Positions 1-12,715 of a stretch of 64,000 bases of DNA are shown here, piece after piece. Source of the stretch: Eledone cirrhosa (taxonomy: Eukaryota); contig OZ024740.1 in assembly GCA_964016885.1 (NCBI GenBank), positions 386,446,001-386,510,000 on the forward strand, given 5' to 3'. The translations under genes were made by a program, and so were the position numbers. Every line of letters starts with the position of its first letter. Within the stretch, counting starts at the first letter, position 1. Under the pieces are notes generated by a model, which saw only the letters and a program-made list of their open reading frames with translations, searched no databases and was not told the origin of the DNA.

Positions 1-131
1 GGAGGGCCGTTGCTCTATGCTATAGGGCAAACAATTATTATAATAATACTGAACTGTAACACTCAGCTTCAATTATATGAGCTCCTTCTAAAGTCAACAG
101 TGGACATGATCTTGTATCAGTACTGACGGTA

Positions 132-137
<6 letters not shown>

Positions 138-200
<63 letters not shown>

Positions 201-320
201 GCGTGTATGTGTTTGTATGCATGAGTGTTGGTGTGTGAGTGAGTGTGTGAGTGGCGTGTGTGTGTTTGTATGCATGAGTGTTGGTGTGTGAGTGAGTGTG
301 TATGTGTGCCGTGAGTGTCA
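138..320. repeat. (TG)n microsatellite with degenerate extension
   Basis: Pure TG run followed by imperfect TG/TGAG repeats. It explains the His/Thr-rich spurious ORFs at 38-358. Confidence 0.95.
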
Positions 321-349
321 ATAAGTGGTGTGGTTTTTTTTTTTTTGCG

Positions 350-655
350 TGGGGACATAGAAATAATCGGGCTGGATACTCGATCGCGCAGTTAGACCAC
401 TGGGAGTGAAGGACCCCTAGCCCTTGTCAGGGCATTCTTCTAGGAGAAGGCATCTCAGGAAACTAGGATAACTCCGATATAAAACCTGCAGCTCAGTAGT
501 TACCGATGATGTTGATCTTTTCTTCTTTTCGGGTTATAGCTACTGTCGCTCAGAGAGTGGGATTGGCTCAGTGCACAGTCTTTCCTCACAGGCATTGCAC
601 GGTTGCATTAATTAATAACTATTAATAGTGTTATTGTTATTGTTATTATTGTTAT
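350..655 (+). mobile_element. Short interspersed element related to the 5' half of the bipartite RTE-derived repeat, with (TTA/TTG)n tail
   Basis: Shares collinear blocks (gacccctagccyttgtcarggca, tctaggagaagg, gatgttga.cttttcttcttt, agagagtggga.tggct, cacaggcattgc) with the 29-31 kb repeat unit. Confidence 0.6.
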
Positions 656-896
656 GACCATGCTGTAAAATGGAGGGGTAGAGAGGGCCCATGAGTCCAG
701 TAAGACATCCTCTCTAGTGCTGGTGGCACAAATAAAAGCACCCAGTCCATGCTGTAAAGTGGCACTGGTGTTAGGAAGGGCATCCAACCAGTGTATCAAT
801 GCCAAAACAATTATGAGCACAGCAACAAATATATATCGCAATAACTGCATAAACAGCAATAAACAGCAATAACACTAACCTGCACACGGTAGTGGG

Positions 897-3800
897 ATGG
901 CTGGTGCGGTCATGTGCGAGAACCCCCCGACTGTCTTCAAGCAATCGCACTACAGGAAAAGGAACAACAAAAATATGAAGACGTCGCATCTCAGAGTTGC
1001 AACACTTAATGTTGGCACTCTCACAGGTAGATCTGGTGAGATAGTGGAGATGCTGGAGAGAAGGCACGTGGATGTGTGTTGCGTGCAAGAGGTGAGATGG
1101 AGAGGTGCCTCTGTGAGACTAATCGCAGGTAAACATCTTAGTTATAAGCTTTTCTGGGTTAGGGGGAGTAGGCATTTTCCAGGCTGAGAGATGGATCAAT
1201 AAAACAATAGAGGTAGTTCGAGTTAATAATCGAATAATTAAGCTTAGATTAGTTGTAGGCAGGAGACTACTGACAATCATATCTGCCTATGCTCCCCAAG
1301 CAGGCCTAGGTAAAGAAGAGAGAGACTGCTTTTATGAGCAACTTTTACAAACAGTCGCAATGACAGAGGACGGAGACATCGTTATGCTAGCAAGGGACTT
1401 CAATGGTCATGTTGGACAGCTCCAGGATGGTTACACTGGGGTACATGGTGGGCATGGTTATGGCTCAAGAAATGAAGAAGGAATGAGACTTCTTGAATTT
1501 TGTGATGCAAGTACATTGACCATTTGCAACACTAACTTCCAGAAACCTGCCAACCTCCTAATAACCTACAAATCAGGCGAGCACATAAGCCAGATTGACT
1601 TCTTACTAGTTAGGCAGTGGGACAGGCAGATGGTGTCAAATACCAAGGCATACCCCGGGGAAGAATGTACCCCACAGCATAGGTTAGTCGTTAGTGATAT
1701 CTCAGTAAGCAAGAGACGGAATGAGACATACAGGGAAGTGTGAAGAAGAAAGGTCTGGAAGCTAAAAGACCTTTCATTAAATACAAATTTAGGAAAGCCC
1801 TTCAAGATGTGTATGACGAAAAAGAAGACGTTTTAGAGTCGTATGACATAGATGATAACTGGAATTTCTTACGTGACAACTCACTGCAGGCTACTGATGA
1901 AACTTGTGGCTGGAGCAGAACTCTAACCAGAGAGAGAGTGACCTGGTGGTGGAACAGCACAGTAGATAGGGCCATTAGAGACAAAAGACTAGCATGGAAG
2001 TCTTGGGAAAAAGGTGGGAGTAGAGAAGGATATACAGCCGCTAAGAGAGAAGCTAGATGTCAGGTGTACTTAGCACGCAGGGAGGCTGAGAGTAGGAGGT
2101 TTGCCAATGTTCTGCGATGGGAAGATCAGAGGCGTGCAGTGTTCCACATTGCAAGGCAGTGTGTCAATGCAAATCAGGATGTTGTTGGAGATAAATGTGT
2201 CCGGAATGATGCCGGTGTACTTAGTGTCATGAATGATCACAAAAGGGAGCCCTGGAAATGTCATTATGAGAGACTGATGAATGTGGAGAACGAATGGAAG
2301 AGAGAGAAATTATCCTCAGTAGATCCAACAGAGGGACCAGCTATTGAGATTGACGAATATAGGGTCCAAGAGGCGATTAAAGAAATGAAAAATGGTAAGG
2401 CTGCCGGACCGTCGAGGATAGTTGCTGAGATGCTGAAGGCACCAGGGGCCGTAGGCACTAAACTGGTTGCACGCATCATCAATCAGGCTATATATGGCGG
2501 TGTCATACCCAAAGACTGGTGCAGCAGTATTCTCATAAATTGCTACAAAGGTAAAGGGGTTGATCTGGAGAGGAGCAATTATAGAGGTATAAAACTGATG
2601 GATCAGGTTATGAAAATTTGAGAAAGGATATTAGCACAACTAATCAGACGAAGGGTCAAACTAGATGAGATGCAGTTTGGTTTTGTGCCTGGGAAAAGTA
2701 CAACAGATGTCCTCTTCTTGGTGAGACAATTACAAGAGAGGTTCTTAGAGAAGAATAAGCCACTCTACTTAGCTTTTGTTGACCTAGAGAACGCCTTTGA
2801 TAGGGTACCCCGATCTGTCATCTGGAGGTCCCTAAGGAAACTAGGTGTTGAGGAATGGCTTGTGAGGACAGTGCAAACTTTGTACAGAGGTGCTGTCAGT
2901 AAAGTCAGGGTAGGAATGGAGTTTAGTGAGGAATTCCAGATACAAGTAGGAGTACATCAAGGTTCGGTCCTCAGCCCACTCTTGTTCATTATAGTCCTCC
3001 AAGCCATAACAGAGGAGTTTAAGACTGGCTGTCCATGGGAACTTCTCTATGCTGACGATCTGGTTCTTATAGCAGAATCATTAGAGGAGCTAGAGAATAA
3101 ATTCTGGCTATGGAAACAGCAGTTGGAAGCAAGAGGACTGAGAGTGAACCTAGCTAAGACAAAAATGTTGATGAGTAGAAAAGAGGACAAAACTTTGCTT
3201 CCGTCAGGGAAATGGCCATGTTCGATATGCAGAAAAGGAACTGGCATAAATTCTATAAAATGCACACAATGCAGATCCTGGGTACACAAGATATGTAGTG
3301 GGATAGCAGGAAAACTAACAGGTAGGGAGAAATACGTATGCAGTAGATGTACAGGGAAATTAGACAGTAGAAGTCGCATTGATAGACGCATTTTTCAATT
3401 GCAGCGGGTGCTATAGAAGTGGTGGATAGCTTCCGCTACCTAGGAGATCACATTAGCATGGGAGGGGGGTGTTCCGAGGCCATAGTATCTAGAATAAGGA
3501 TGGGTTGGAAGAAGTTTAGGGAGCTGCTTCCTCTGCTGACGAAGAAGGGTTTCTCCCTGCGTACGAAAGGCCAGTTATATGGTGCATGTGTGAGGAGAGC
3601 GATGCTGCATGCAAGTGAGACTTGGGCAGCAACTGCAGAGGATATGCGACGGCTGGAGAGAAATGATGTGCAATGTCAATGTGCGTGAACGACCCAGCAT
3701 GGATGTGTTGAGAGAGAAACTGTGTCTGAGAGGGATAGAATGTAATGTGCGAGAGAGGAGACTGCGGTCGTATGGACATGTGATGCGCATGGAGGATGAC

Positions 3801-4025
3801 TGATGGGTGAAGAAGTGCCAGGAAATGCCAGTTGAAGGAAGACGTGGTAGAGGTAGACCACAAAAAACATGGGCGTAGGTGGTGAGAACAGACCTCAGAT
3901 CGCTGAAGCTAACGGTGGAGATGACAAAGGACAGTGACAAGTGGAGAGATGCTGTGCTGAATAAGATCCGTCCCACCCTTGCAAGCAGGGAAAAGCGGAC
4001 GTAAAATGATGATGATGATGATGAT
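897..4025 (+). mobile_element. RTE-clade LINE (family 1), nearly full length, disrupted by frameshifts and stops
   Basis: APE endonuclease motifs (ATLNVGT, CVQEVRW, DFNGHVG, SQIDF), RT motifs (QFGF, FVDLENAFD, GVHQGSVLSP, LLYADD), a PHD-like Cys cluster, C-terminal RGRGRP, and a (GAT)n tail. Confidence 0.95.
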
Positions 4026-4085
4026 ATGATCAACCTCATCATCGTCATCATCACCCCCCCCCCCACACACACACACACACATACA

Positions 4086-4116
<31 letters not shown>

Positions 4117-5804
4117 GTTATTTGACGTTTGTTTTCCCTGCTAGCAAGAGTTGGTTGAGCTTTCACAGACTATGTCAGTACTGAAGTGAGGCGACTAACC
4201 TCCCAGATAAGCAGGGGTCTGCATCTCACTTACATACTGTCCCACGTTCTACTAAGCACATTTTATTGTGACATCAGGTCTCTACAGAGATTGTCATTTC
4301 CTTGACATGAATCTACTGAACACTTTGTTTGGAAAGATTTCTACAGCTGGATGCCCTTTCTATCACCAACAACTTTACAATACTGGGTGTGTTTATCATA
4401 TAGATCACCAACCCTAGAGAGGTTGTTACATCGTTGACACACCTGAAGGGTCTTCTCAGCCCTTTTAGGCATAGTTTATACAGCAGGGTGCTCTTCCTAT
4501 CACCAACCCTCTTACAGGGTGTACCAAGTGCATTTTCGTAACACCAACACTAGAGAGGTTTTTGGTTATTGTCCCAGCTGAAGAGCGTTTTCTGCTCTGT
4601 GGGGGGTTTGTGAGAGGAGAAAGGAGATGGAAATGAAGTTATAGTTATATGGCAGATGTGATGTGATTTGACAGAGTGATGAGTGTGGAAGAGGGATTTT
4701 GATAGTATAGGGAGAGAGACAATGTAGTGATGATAAGAATACCTAAGTGGTGATAGTGGTGGGGGTCATGGAAGGTGTGATCAATAGTGCAGGGGAGGGG
4801 TGGCACTTACCTGTGTCAGGAAGGGGAGGTGTAGTGATGGAGAGAGTAGCTAAAGTGTGATAGTGGAAGAAGTGTGGTTGGAGTGGGATGTACATGTGTT
4901 GGGAGAGAAGCTACTGGTGAGTGATAGTGGAAGAGGCATTGATGGATTGTACAGAGGTAGGGACTGTAGCCACGAGGGTGCAATAGTAAGGTTTCTAAGG
5001 ACTTTGGAGAGAACAGTAGCTAAGGAGTGATACTGGAGGGGGTATAGATAGCTAGTGATGGTGAGGATAGTTACTAGGGAATGCTAGTTGTAGAGGGGAC
5101 ATGAGGATAAGTCAGGTCACATTATATGTCGTTAGCCTGGGTGGTGGATTGGCAGTATCGATAAAATAAAGCTCCAGTAATGCACTGGGGTAATTTCAGG
5201 CCTTGTACTTAAAGTAGAAACAATTATATGTTGTTGGCCTGGTCTCCACCAACACAACATAGTGCCAGCCCTCCAGATCCTTTTTATCTCGGCTGTGGGG
5301 TTTAGTTTTCCTGAGTCTGCCTCTTCCAGAGGTCCCAGCCAGTGGGGTTTCTCTGAATTTTTTATGCGGCAGGTCAGCATGTGAGACAAATAAATAAATA
5401 AATAAATGAACTTCTGAATACAAACAAAACAAAATGGAGGATATCCAGTCAATTAGTACAACTAATGCTTAGTATATTATGCATATTACATATATGATTG
5501 TTACACAAAATACATACTGTTTAGATAACACACACACTCATACACACAAAGATAAGGAACAAAGAGATAAACTGTGACTAATAAGATAAAACAAAATATT
5601 TTTAGCTATAAACAAAACAACGAAAGTCACGAATATTACATAAAACTTACACTATCTAAAAACAAATAAACTATGTCCATGGATAAATCAAGTGCCAAAA
5701 GCATTATTACCTAAGCTAGGATATATGATGGATTTCAAGCCATGAGTTTGTTGCAATCATGATACAAACATAGAATTAAGTGGTTCAGATTTGATGTTCA
5801 CATT

Positions 5805-6056
5805 CTGACTGCCAGGGGCTTGTGAGATCCCCACTTCTGCATGTGCAGTCATTTCTGGTGCCACACTTGAATAGTGGAGTTTCCATTCTCCATCCAATCT
5901 GCAGAACCAGAACTATGGAGCTTTGTTGAGGAAACCCCGACTATATCTAGCTGGTAGCATTTAGCTGCCTCCACAAATTCCTGCACCTTACCTGTAAGTG
6001 TTGTGATGTTCCAGGTTCCAATTGTCAAAGTTTGCTTCCTTCCAAACCCTCTTTGG
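5805..6056 (-). mobile_element. APE endonuclease N-terminal fragment of an Expander/Rex3-like RTE LINE
   Basis: Minus-strand peptide LTIGTWNITTLTGKVQEFVEAAKCYQLDIVGVSSTK. Confidence 0.75.
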
Positions 6057-6061
6057 AAATT

Positions 6062-6176
6062 GTTGCTTCTGACAGGACTCACTGGAAAGAGTGTTTGAGG
6101 AGTTCTCTCCCACAACCCTCTCAGGAATAAGTGGGAGAAGAAGAAGAAGAAGAAGAAGAAGAAGAAGAAGAAGAAG
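6062..6176 (+). mobile_element. 3' end of Expander/Rex3-like RTE LINE with (GAA)n tail
   Basis: Close match to 9819-9922 followed by a (GAA)n tail. Confidence 0.75.
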
Positions 6177-6603
6177 GGGTCAGATGGGCTGTCATGTTAT
6201 GTGACGAGACACTCTGCTTTTGGCTTGGTTTACTACAGCTGGGTGCCCTTCCTAATACTAGCCACCTTACAGAGAGGACTGAATGTTTTTTGTCAGGGCA
6301 TCAGTATGGCCACTTAAGTATTGGGTACTTTTTTAAATGTCACTAGCACTACCATCTAGTAAGATGGACATGGTGATTTTTGTCATGGTGCCACTGCCTT
6401 ACAGAAATGACCGGTGCTTTATTCATTACAGTTTATTCATTACAGTGTGTACTACATATTATATATATTTTGTATATTTTTTATACATCATAAAACTTTT
6501 TGTTCCTCTCATTTTTTTCAATAATGTCACTTTGACGAATCAAAGACGAAAAAAAAACACATCCTTTAAATATGCTTTTCGTGCTATTTCCAATTCCCCT
6601 CTG

Positions 6604-6672
<69 letters not shown>

Positions 6673-7075
6673 TCATTATCATTTAACATCCATTTTCCAC
6701 ACTTGCATGGGTTAGATATGAATTGTTGCTTTATAAGAAAATTCAATTCAGGAGACCACGTCTTGCTCATATGGATCTGTGTTTTGGCTTGGTTTCTATG
6801 GCTTGTTGCTCTTCCTAATACCAACCATATTATAGAGTGGACTGGGTGCTTTTTATCATGGCATGAACATGACTATCGAACAGGATGGACTGGGCGCTTT
6901 TTGTCATGTCACCAGCACAACCACCTCTGCTTCTAATTAGGTCACCTAGATAGCAGAAGCTGTTAGTCAGTTCTATAGATCTTTCATGTGATTGGAAAAG
7001 GTTTATATCACTGACACTCTTCCCTCAATTACCCCAGTGCATCTTTTACTCTCTGCCCTATATCAGTTTTTCTTC

Positions 7076-7345
7076 AGTCACTGTTCTCCTAGATTGGTTG
7101 CCTTCACTATGGCTCATGGGGTCCATCTGCCCCGTGCAGTCGTTTTTATTTGGAGTTATTGCCCTCCAAAGTGGGTTGCCTTCACCACGGCTTATGGAGT
7201 TCACATCTGCCTTGAGTAGTCATTTTTATCTGGATTCACTGCTCTCCTTGTCGGGTTACATTCACTACAGCTTACAGAGCCCATGTCTGCCTCATGCAGT
7301 TGTTCCTGTCCGGAGTCACTGCCCTCCTAGACAGGCGGCCTTCCA
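7076..7345. repeat. Degenerate ~79-bp tandem repeat (~3.3 copies)
   Basis: Units start agtcactgttctcctag (~7076), agttattgccctccaa (~7154), attcactgctctcctt (~7233) and agtcactgccctcctag (~7314). Confidence 0.7.
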
Positions 7346-9261
7346 ACTCAATCATCTTAAGAATCCCTCATTCGCCTTTCTACATGTAGTTACGGTCCAC
7401 AAATAAGTAAATTGACATTTGTCATGTGACATTAGTCCTGTGAGAGGAGAAGCAATGGACTGGAAGGTGATGGAAAGGGGGTGGGTGAGTGGGATACGGT
7501 GAACATGTTGCTATGGGTGAAGTTTCAATGTACAGCATTTACAGCATTTTTAAAGGCAAGGTAGAGGAGCAGAATCATTTATAAAACAGTATATAAAATA
7601 TAAAATGATATGATTGGAATATATGTCTTAGCTTATTATTATATATATAAAGTAATCATCATCAACAAGGCTTAGACAGGTTTCATGGTATGTGATTAGC
7701 CAGGTCAGATGACTACATCTTGCTCATAAACGACTTGGTTTTCTACAGCTGGACACACTTTCTAATGCCAACTACATTATAGCATACTGTGACTAAAAGA
7801 CTAGAGATGGTTCCCTACCTATGAAGACTTTAGCAGTCATTTCATCATGAAAGTGATGTGACACATGAAGAAAGCATAGTTCCACACAAATTCCATAGCA
7901 GATCATGATTGACAGTGTTCAAAGCCTTATATGGGTTAAAGACAAAGCAATGCTCTTTTTGATGCTCCATGGCTTTTTCCAGGAGTTGTTTAGCTACAAA
8001 GGCCATGTTAATTGTTATTGCAATCAGAATAATTATTCTTTTATTTTGTAAATGGTTATGATGGTGGCATGTTTTTTAGGAATTAAGTATTTTTCTAATT
8101 TTTCAGGAAAGTAAGAATAAATCAAGCAGTTTCTCTTGCAGATGAGTTCCACCATACTTGTAAACCTCAACAGGAATAACACCCTCAACTGGTATCTTTC
8201 TATTTTTTAATGCATTGGTTGCAGTAGTCACTTTATGAGCTGAGAGTTCCTCCAATTCTGGTATCAAATGAAGAGTTGGGTGTTTATCAAGTGCAGATGG
8301 GTTGGTTAGATTAATGAGTTTTAGAGGTTCTCCATGATGTTCTACCCATCAATCTAATGTGTCATTTAATATTTGAGAAGCTGATTTTAGTCAAATGTGC
8401 ATAAATGAGCAACTGTTCTTCAGAAAGACCAAAAATACTTTTAATTGCATTTAAGAACTTGTTGGTTTGTTTTTCATGTGCTATTACACTGGATTTCCTG
8501 TGCTATTGCAATCTAACAGGCATTTTGTATTTCTCTAAGTCTGTGTTTTGCTCTGGATCTTTTCCCAGGCTTCTAAACAGGAGAGTCATCATCATCATCA
8601 TCACTGTTTAATGTCCATTTTCCATGCTGGCATGGGACAGATGAGTTATCCTGTTGTGAACAATGCCAGGTCAGGTGACCATGTCTTGCTTATACAGAAC
8701 CTGGCTTGGTTTCTACAGCTGGATACCCTTCCTAATGCCAACCTCATTTACAGTGAGTACAAGGTGCTTTTTGTTGTGACATCTACACAACCACTTTACA
8801 GTGGATTTGCAATGTGATCTTTCAAAGCCATAATCATCATTTTCAACAAAGGCAGTATCTCATCAACAGACATCAGACTAGTCATGATAGTTTTTTTTCT
8901 TTTGACATGACAAGAACGTCAAGAACTTCCTTCAATATTGATTGCAGGGTTTCAAACAAAGAGCTCCATTTTCAAGTAAAATTACATTACTGAGCCAAAA
9001 CTGAAGTTTTTCCTGAAATGCAAGCTTGGTTTTGGCATTTTCCATAAATGCTACACTACGAGATTTGGGGATTTGCTTTCATCCAGGTACTCAATGTATA
9101 AAATAGAGAGAGAGGAGTGCACATGACAGTGACTTGCATTCTGCATCCCTCATAATTCTCCGTTGAGTGTGTGTATATATATATATATATATACATACAT
9201 AAAATGTTAAATATATTTTCTGTGCAAAAATGAAAATTTCAACACTTTCAACACATTTCAT

Positions 9262-9293
<32 letters not shown>

Positions 9294-9704
9294 ATTATAT
9301 ATATATATATATCTTTCCTCTATCTCTCTCACTCTGCATAAATATACATGAAGTGTTTAGTATATTCTGTTTGCAAGGATGAAAATTTCATGACAACTGC
9401 TAACAAATATTTATAGATTGACAACAAAAAAATGGGTGTGGGCTTAAAAATATCCTGTTTGCACTTGTAATGAAATTTCCATCCTTGCAAACAACATGTA
9501 TATGTGATAATAATTTTACATTTTAAACAAAGCAATTGACTTAAGAAGCATTGGTGAAATTTGAAATATGTGCATCCCAACACAAATGACTATAATAATT
9601 GTCAATCACTATAAATAAATGTTTCTCCCATCTTTAGGAGTAATTTATCCAATTTTCTCAACTATTATCTATAACAATTGATTATTATTATGATCATTTG
9701 TGTT

Positions 9705-9922
9705 GGGCAAAACCAACCGGCAGGAGACCCAAGGGTAGACCCCAAGCAAGATGGTTGGATATCATCCATGAGCTTGGCTGGTCTCGCTTGGAGATCCAGT
9801 CGGATCAGTTATAGACGGTTGCTTCTGACAGGACCCACTGGAATGAGTGTTTGAGGACTCTGCGCCCATGACCCTCTCAGGAATAAGTGGATGAAGAAGA
9901 AAAGGAAGAAGAAGAAGAAGAA
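9705..9922 (+). mobile_element. 3' end of Expander/Rex3-like RTE LINE
   Basis: Translates AKPTGRRPKGRPQARWLDIIHELGWSRLEI...ASDRTHW, followed by a (GAA)n tail. Confidence 0.8.
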
Positions 9923-10505
9923 GTGTTAGCACACATTTCAAATTACATTTTAAAAGCATGTGTATTATGAAAAAATAAAAAAAATAATAGTTAACTGAGC
10001 AGTATCCCTGCTGAAATGAAACTCATTTCAGTAAATACAGAAAGACAAATTATATTTGTTTAACCTTCCCCAGTATTGTTACTTGCATTTTTAATTATGC
10101 ACATATTCAGTAAGTTTACCATGTATATACATACACATGGATATATATATATATACGTCCACTGTGTCAATGACACAATACTCCACACTGTAAGGTGGCC
10201 GTGTAGGAGACACGGTGAATAGTCCACACTGTAAATGTGGTTGCTGTAAAAAAAACCTGCCAGAGCGAGACATGGTCTCCCGACCATTCCTGCATCTGAT
10301 GGAACAAAACCGTCTAACCCATGCTATTGTGGAAGATGGACGTTAAACGATGATGATGATGATGATGATATATATATATAGAAATTTCGTATTTCGAAAG
10401 AAATACGATTTTAGAAAGCCGTAGCTTCATATGCAAATGAGATTAATCACCTCATTTACACAGACGAGAAAACTATATATTCTCGGCTGTCGCAGAGCAG
10501 TGGGA

Positions 10506-10555
10506 GGGATCGTTCTGACGATGGCCAGTTAAGCCTGAAATGCATAGACGGTTCT
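10506..10555 (+). ncRNA. Minimal type-I hammerhead ribozyme candidate
   Basis: gggatcgtt-CTGACGA-tggc cagttaa gcct-GAAA-tgca-TA-gacggttct. Helix I is 9 bp with G-U pairs, helix II is ggc/gcc, helix III is palindromic, and the triplet is AUA. Confidence 0.7.
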
Positions 10556-10616
10556 CCCCCTTGCTTCTGCTGGACAACACCATGATTAATGGTCTCCTCG
10601 TTTTTAGCACTGCAGA

Positions 10617-10662
<46 letters not shown>

Positions 10663-10667
<5 letters not shown>

Positions 10668-11260
10668 TGATGAAGGACTAATTTTATTCATATGTAACCC
10701 ATGTGCAACCACGCAGCACTCCATTCTTCTCATATTTATATTTTTTCCTCAGCTGCGATTGTCTGTTTCTTTCTTACTGCTTCCCCCCTCTCTCTGTATC
10801 TCTCACCTTCTTTTACCCCCTCTGTCAGTCACACTCTCTCTCAACTGACCTCTTCCTCACACTTACACTCACTCACTCTCTGCTTCTCCCCCTCTCTCAC
10901 TTCCTCCCATTTGACCTGTGTGAAATCCTTTTCTCGCTCACATCTCACCCATGTCGGATGGTCTGTATATCTCTCGTCCATGAATCCACCAAGCTTAAGC
11001 TTAATAGATATCATGTACTTGTTTCTTTCTATCTTTCCGTTGCAATACCATCTTTGTTTGTTTACTTATCTCGCTCGCTTTACGCGATATTACTTGTCCC
11101 AATAGCTTTATTTAGCTCTTGCTCGCACCAATTAGAGGTATATGATTTTTAAAGCGATGAAATACCAATGACGGTTGGAAAATCACTGATGAAGGACTAA
11201 TTTTATTCATATGTAACCCATGTGCAACCACGCAGTACTCCATTTTTCTCATATTTATAT
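10663..11260 (+). repeat. Non-coding element bounded by ~78-bp direct repeats (10663-10740, 11182-11259) within (TA)n
   Basis: atcactgatgaaggactaattttattcatatgtaacccatgtgcaaccacgcag...ctcatatttata occurs twice about 519 bp apart. Confidence 0.85.
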
Positions 11261-11353
11261 ATATATATATATATATATGTATAAATATATATGTATATAT
11301 ATATTAATAAAAGATTGAAGGCTATATTCAGTTGATTCAGGTTTATTAAAACT

Positions 11354-11411
11354 CTGTTATACATATTTCACTAAGGACTATCTATTATGATAGCCTGAGC
11401 TCTTCAGATGG
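11354..11411 (-). ncRNA. Hammerhead ribozyme motif decayed at CpG sites
   Basis: Minus strand reads ccat-CTGAAGA-gctcaggctatc ataata gatagtccttagt-GAAA-tatgta-TA-acag. Helix I and helix III are restorable by reverting three CpG transitions. Confidence 0.65.
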
Positions 11412-11706
11412 CAAAACTTAAAATAAACATAGCAACTTCCCAAGAAACCTTTAAATTTGGAAAAATCTAATAATTTCCGCGAAAAAAGATTTTCTTTTCA
11501 TGATACAGGGGTCAGCTGAACTCATGGTGTTGTTTCTTTGACAGCCGGCCTCTGTATCTTTTCTTAATATATAATGCTCCATCTTGTACCATTTATACAG
11601 GTTGTTGAGCACTTCTTTTTATTTGCTTCACAACCAACAGATCATGGTGTGATCTGCACATCCCTGTTCTGTTAACCCCTTACTCTCGCTCTTTCTCTCT
11701 CCCTCT

Positions 11707-12014
11707 CAGGAACTCCATCCTCTGCCCCAAATGCAAACAATGGATATACAAGAGATGTAGTGGGATCTCAGGAAGCTTAGCTAAGAATGTCGGCTTTACG
11801 TGTAGCAGCTACGCCGGGACAGCAAGCAGCAAACAGCCACAGGAAACAAGCACCACCAAACTCTGTAAAAGCAGTAGACATGTTTTGCTACCTAGGTGAC
11901 CGAATTAACAGTAACCAGGTTAAGAACAGGGTGGAAGAAGTTCAGGGAGCTACTGCCACTGCTAGCTGCAAAAAGATTTTCCCTCAAAATGAAAGGCAGA
12001 CTGTATGATGCGTG

Positions 12015-12047
<33 letters not shown>

Positions 12048-12520
12048 TTAACGTCCATCTTCCACGTTAGCATGGGTTATGAACAGCAATGTTACATGGT
12101 AATGAGACCTGGGTATTGTGTGTAGAAGACTTGTGTAGATTAGAAAGAAATGAAGTTTGCATGCTCCGATGGATGCGTAATAGTAATATACGCGAACGGC
12201 AAAGCAAAAACAATTGAGAGAGAGACTGAGCATAAGAGGAATCAAATGCTGTGTGCAGGAGAGGAGGTTGCATGGGTATGGACATGTGATGCGTATGAAG
12301 GATGACAGCTGTATAAAAAGGTGCAGAGCACTAGAAGTCGATGGAAACCGCAGAGTTGGGAGACCCAAGGAGACCTGGGATGAGGTGATAACATCCGACC
12401 TTACCCAATTACACCTCTCAAAGGCGATGACACACGACCGTGACCTCTGGCGTCTCGCAGTAATACAGAAGACCCAACTTCCCATGGGTACAAGCCGAAG
12501 CTGAAGCACATAGACAATAT
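11707..12520 (+). mobile_element. RTE family 2 3' fragment interrupted by a short SINE-tail insertion (~12016-12080)
   Basis: Matches 36866-37640 (NSILCPKCKQW, RLERNE, GHVMRM, GRPK). Confidence 0.9.
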
Positions 12521-12678
12521 GCGATACAGAGGTTTATTTGCCAAATGCAGGTGCATATGTTCTCGATGCTTATGTAAACAGGGTCAAATATTAGAGGCGT
12601 TAATATTTAGTGTACAAAGTTAAGCAGAGCAATTATAATCGAAAAAATTTATGAAAGAGATGCAAGCCGTTAAAAGAC

Positions 12679-12710
<32 letters not shown>

Positions 12711-12715
<5 letters not shown>

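Noticed and set aside
1890-2285. CTGATGA matches inside LINE/PLE coding regions (also ~23611, ~36672)
   Set aside because: No flanking helices. They are explained by codons.
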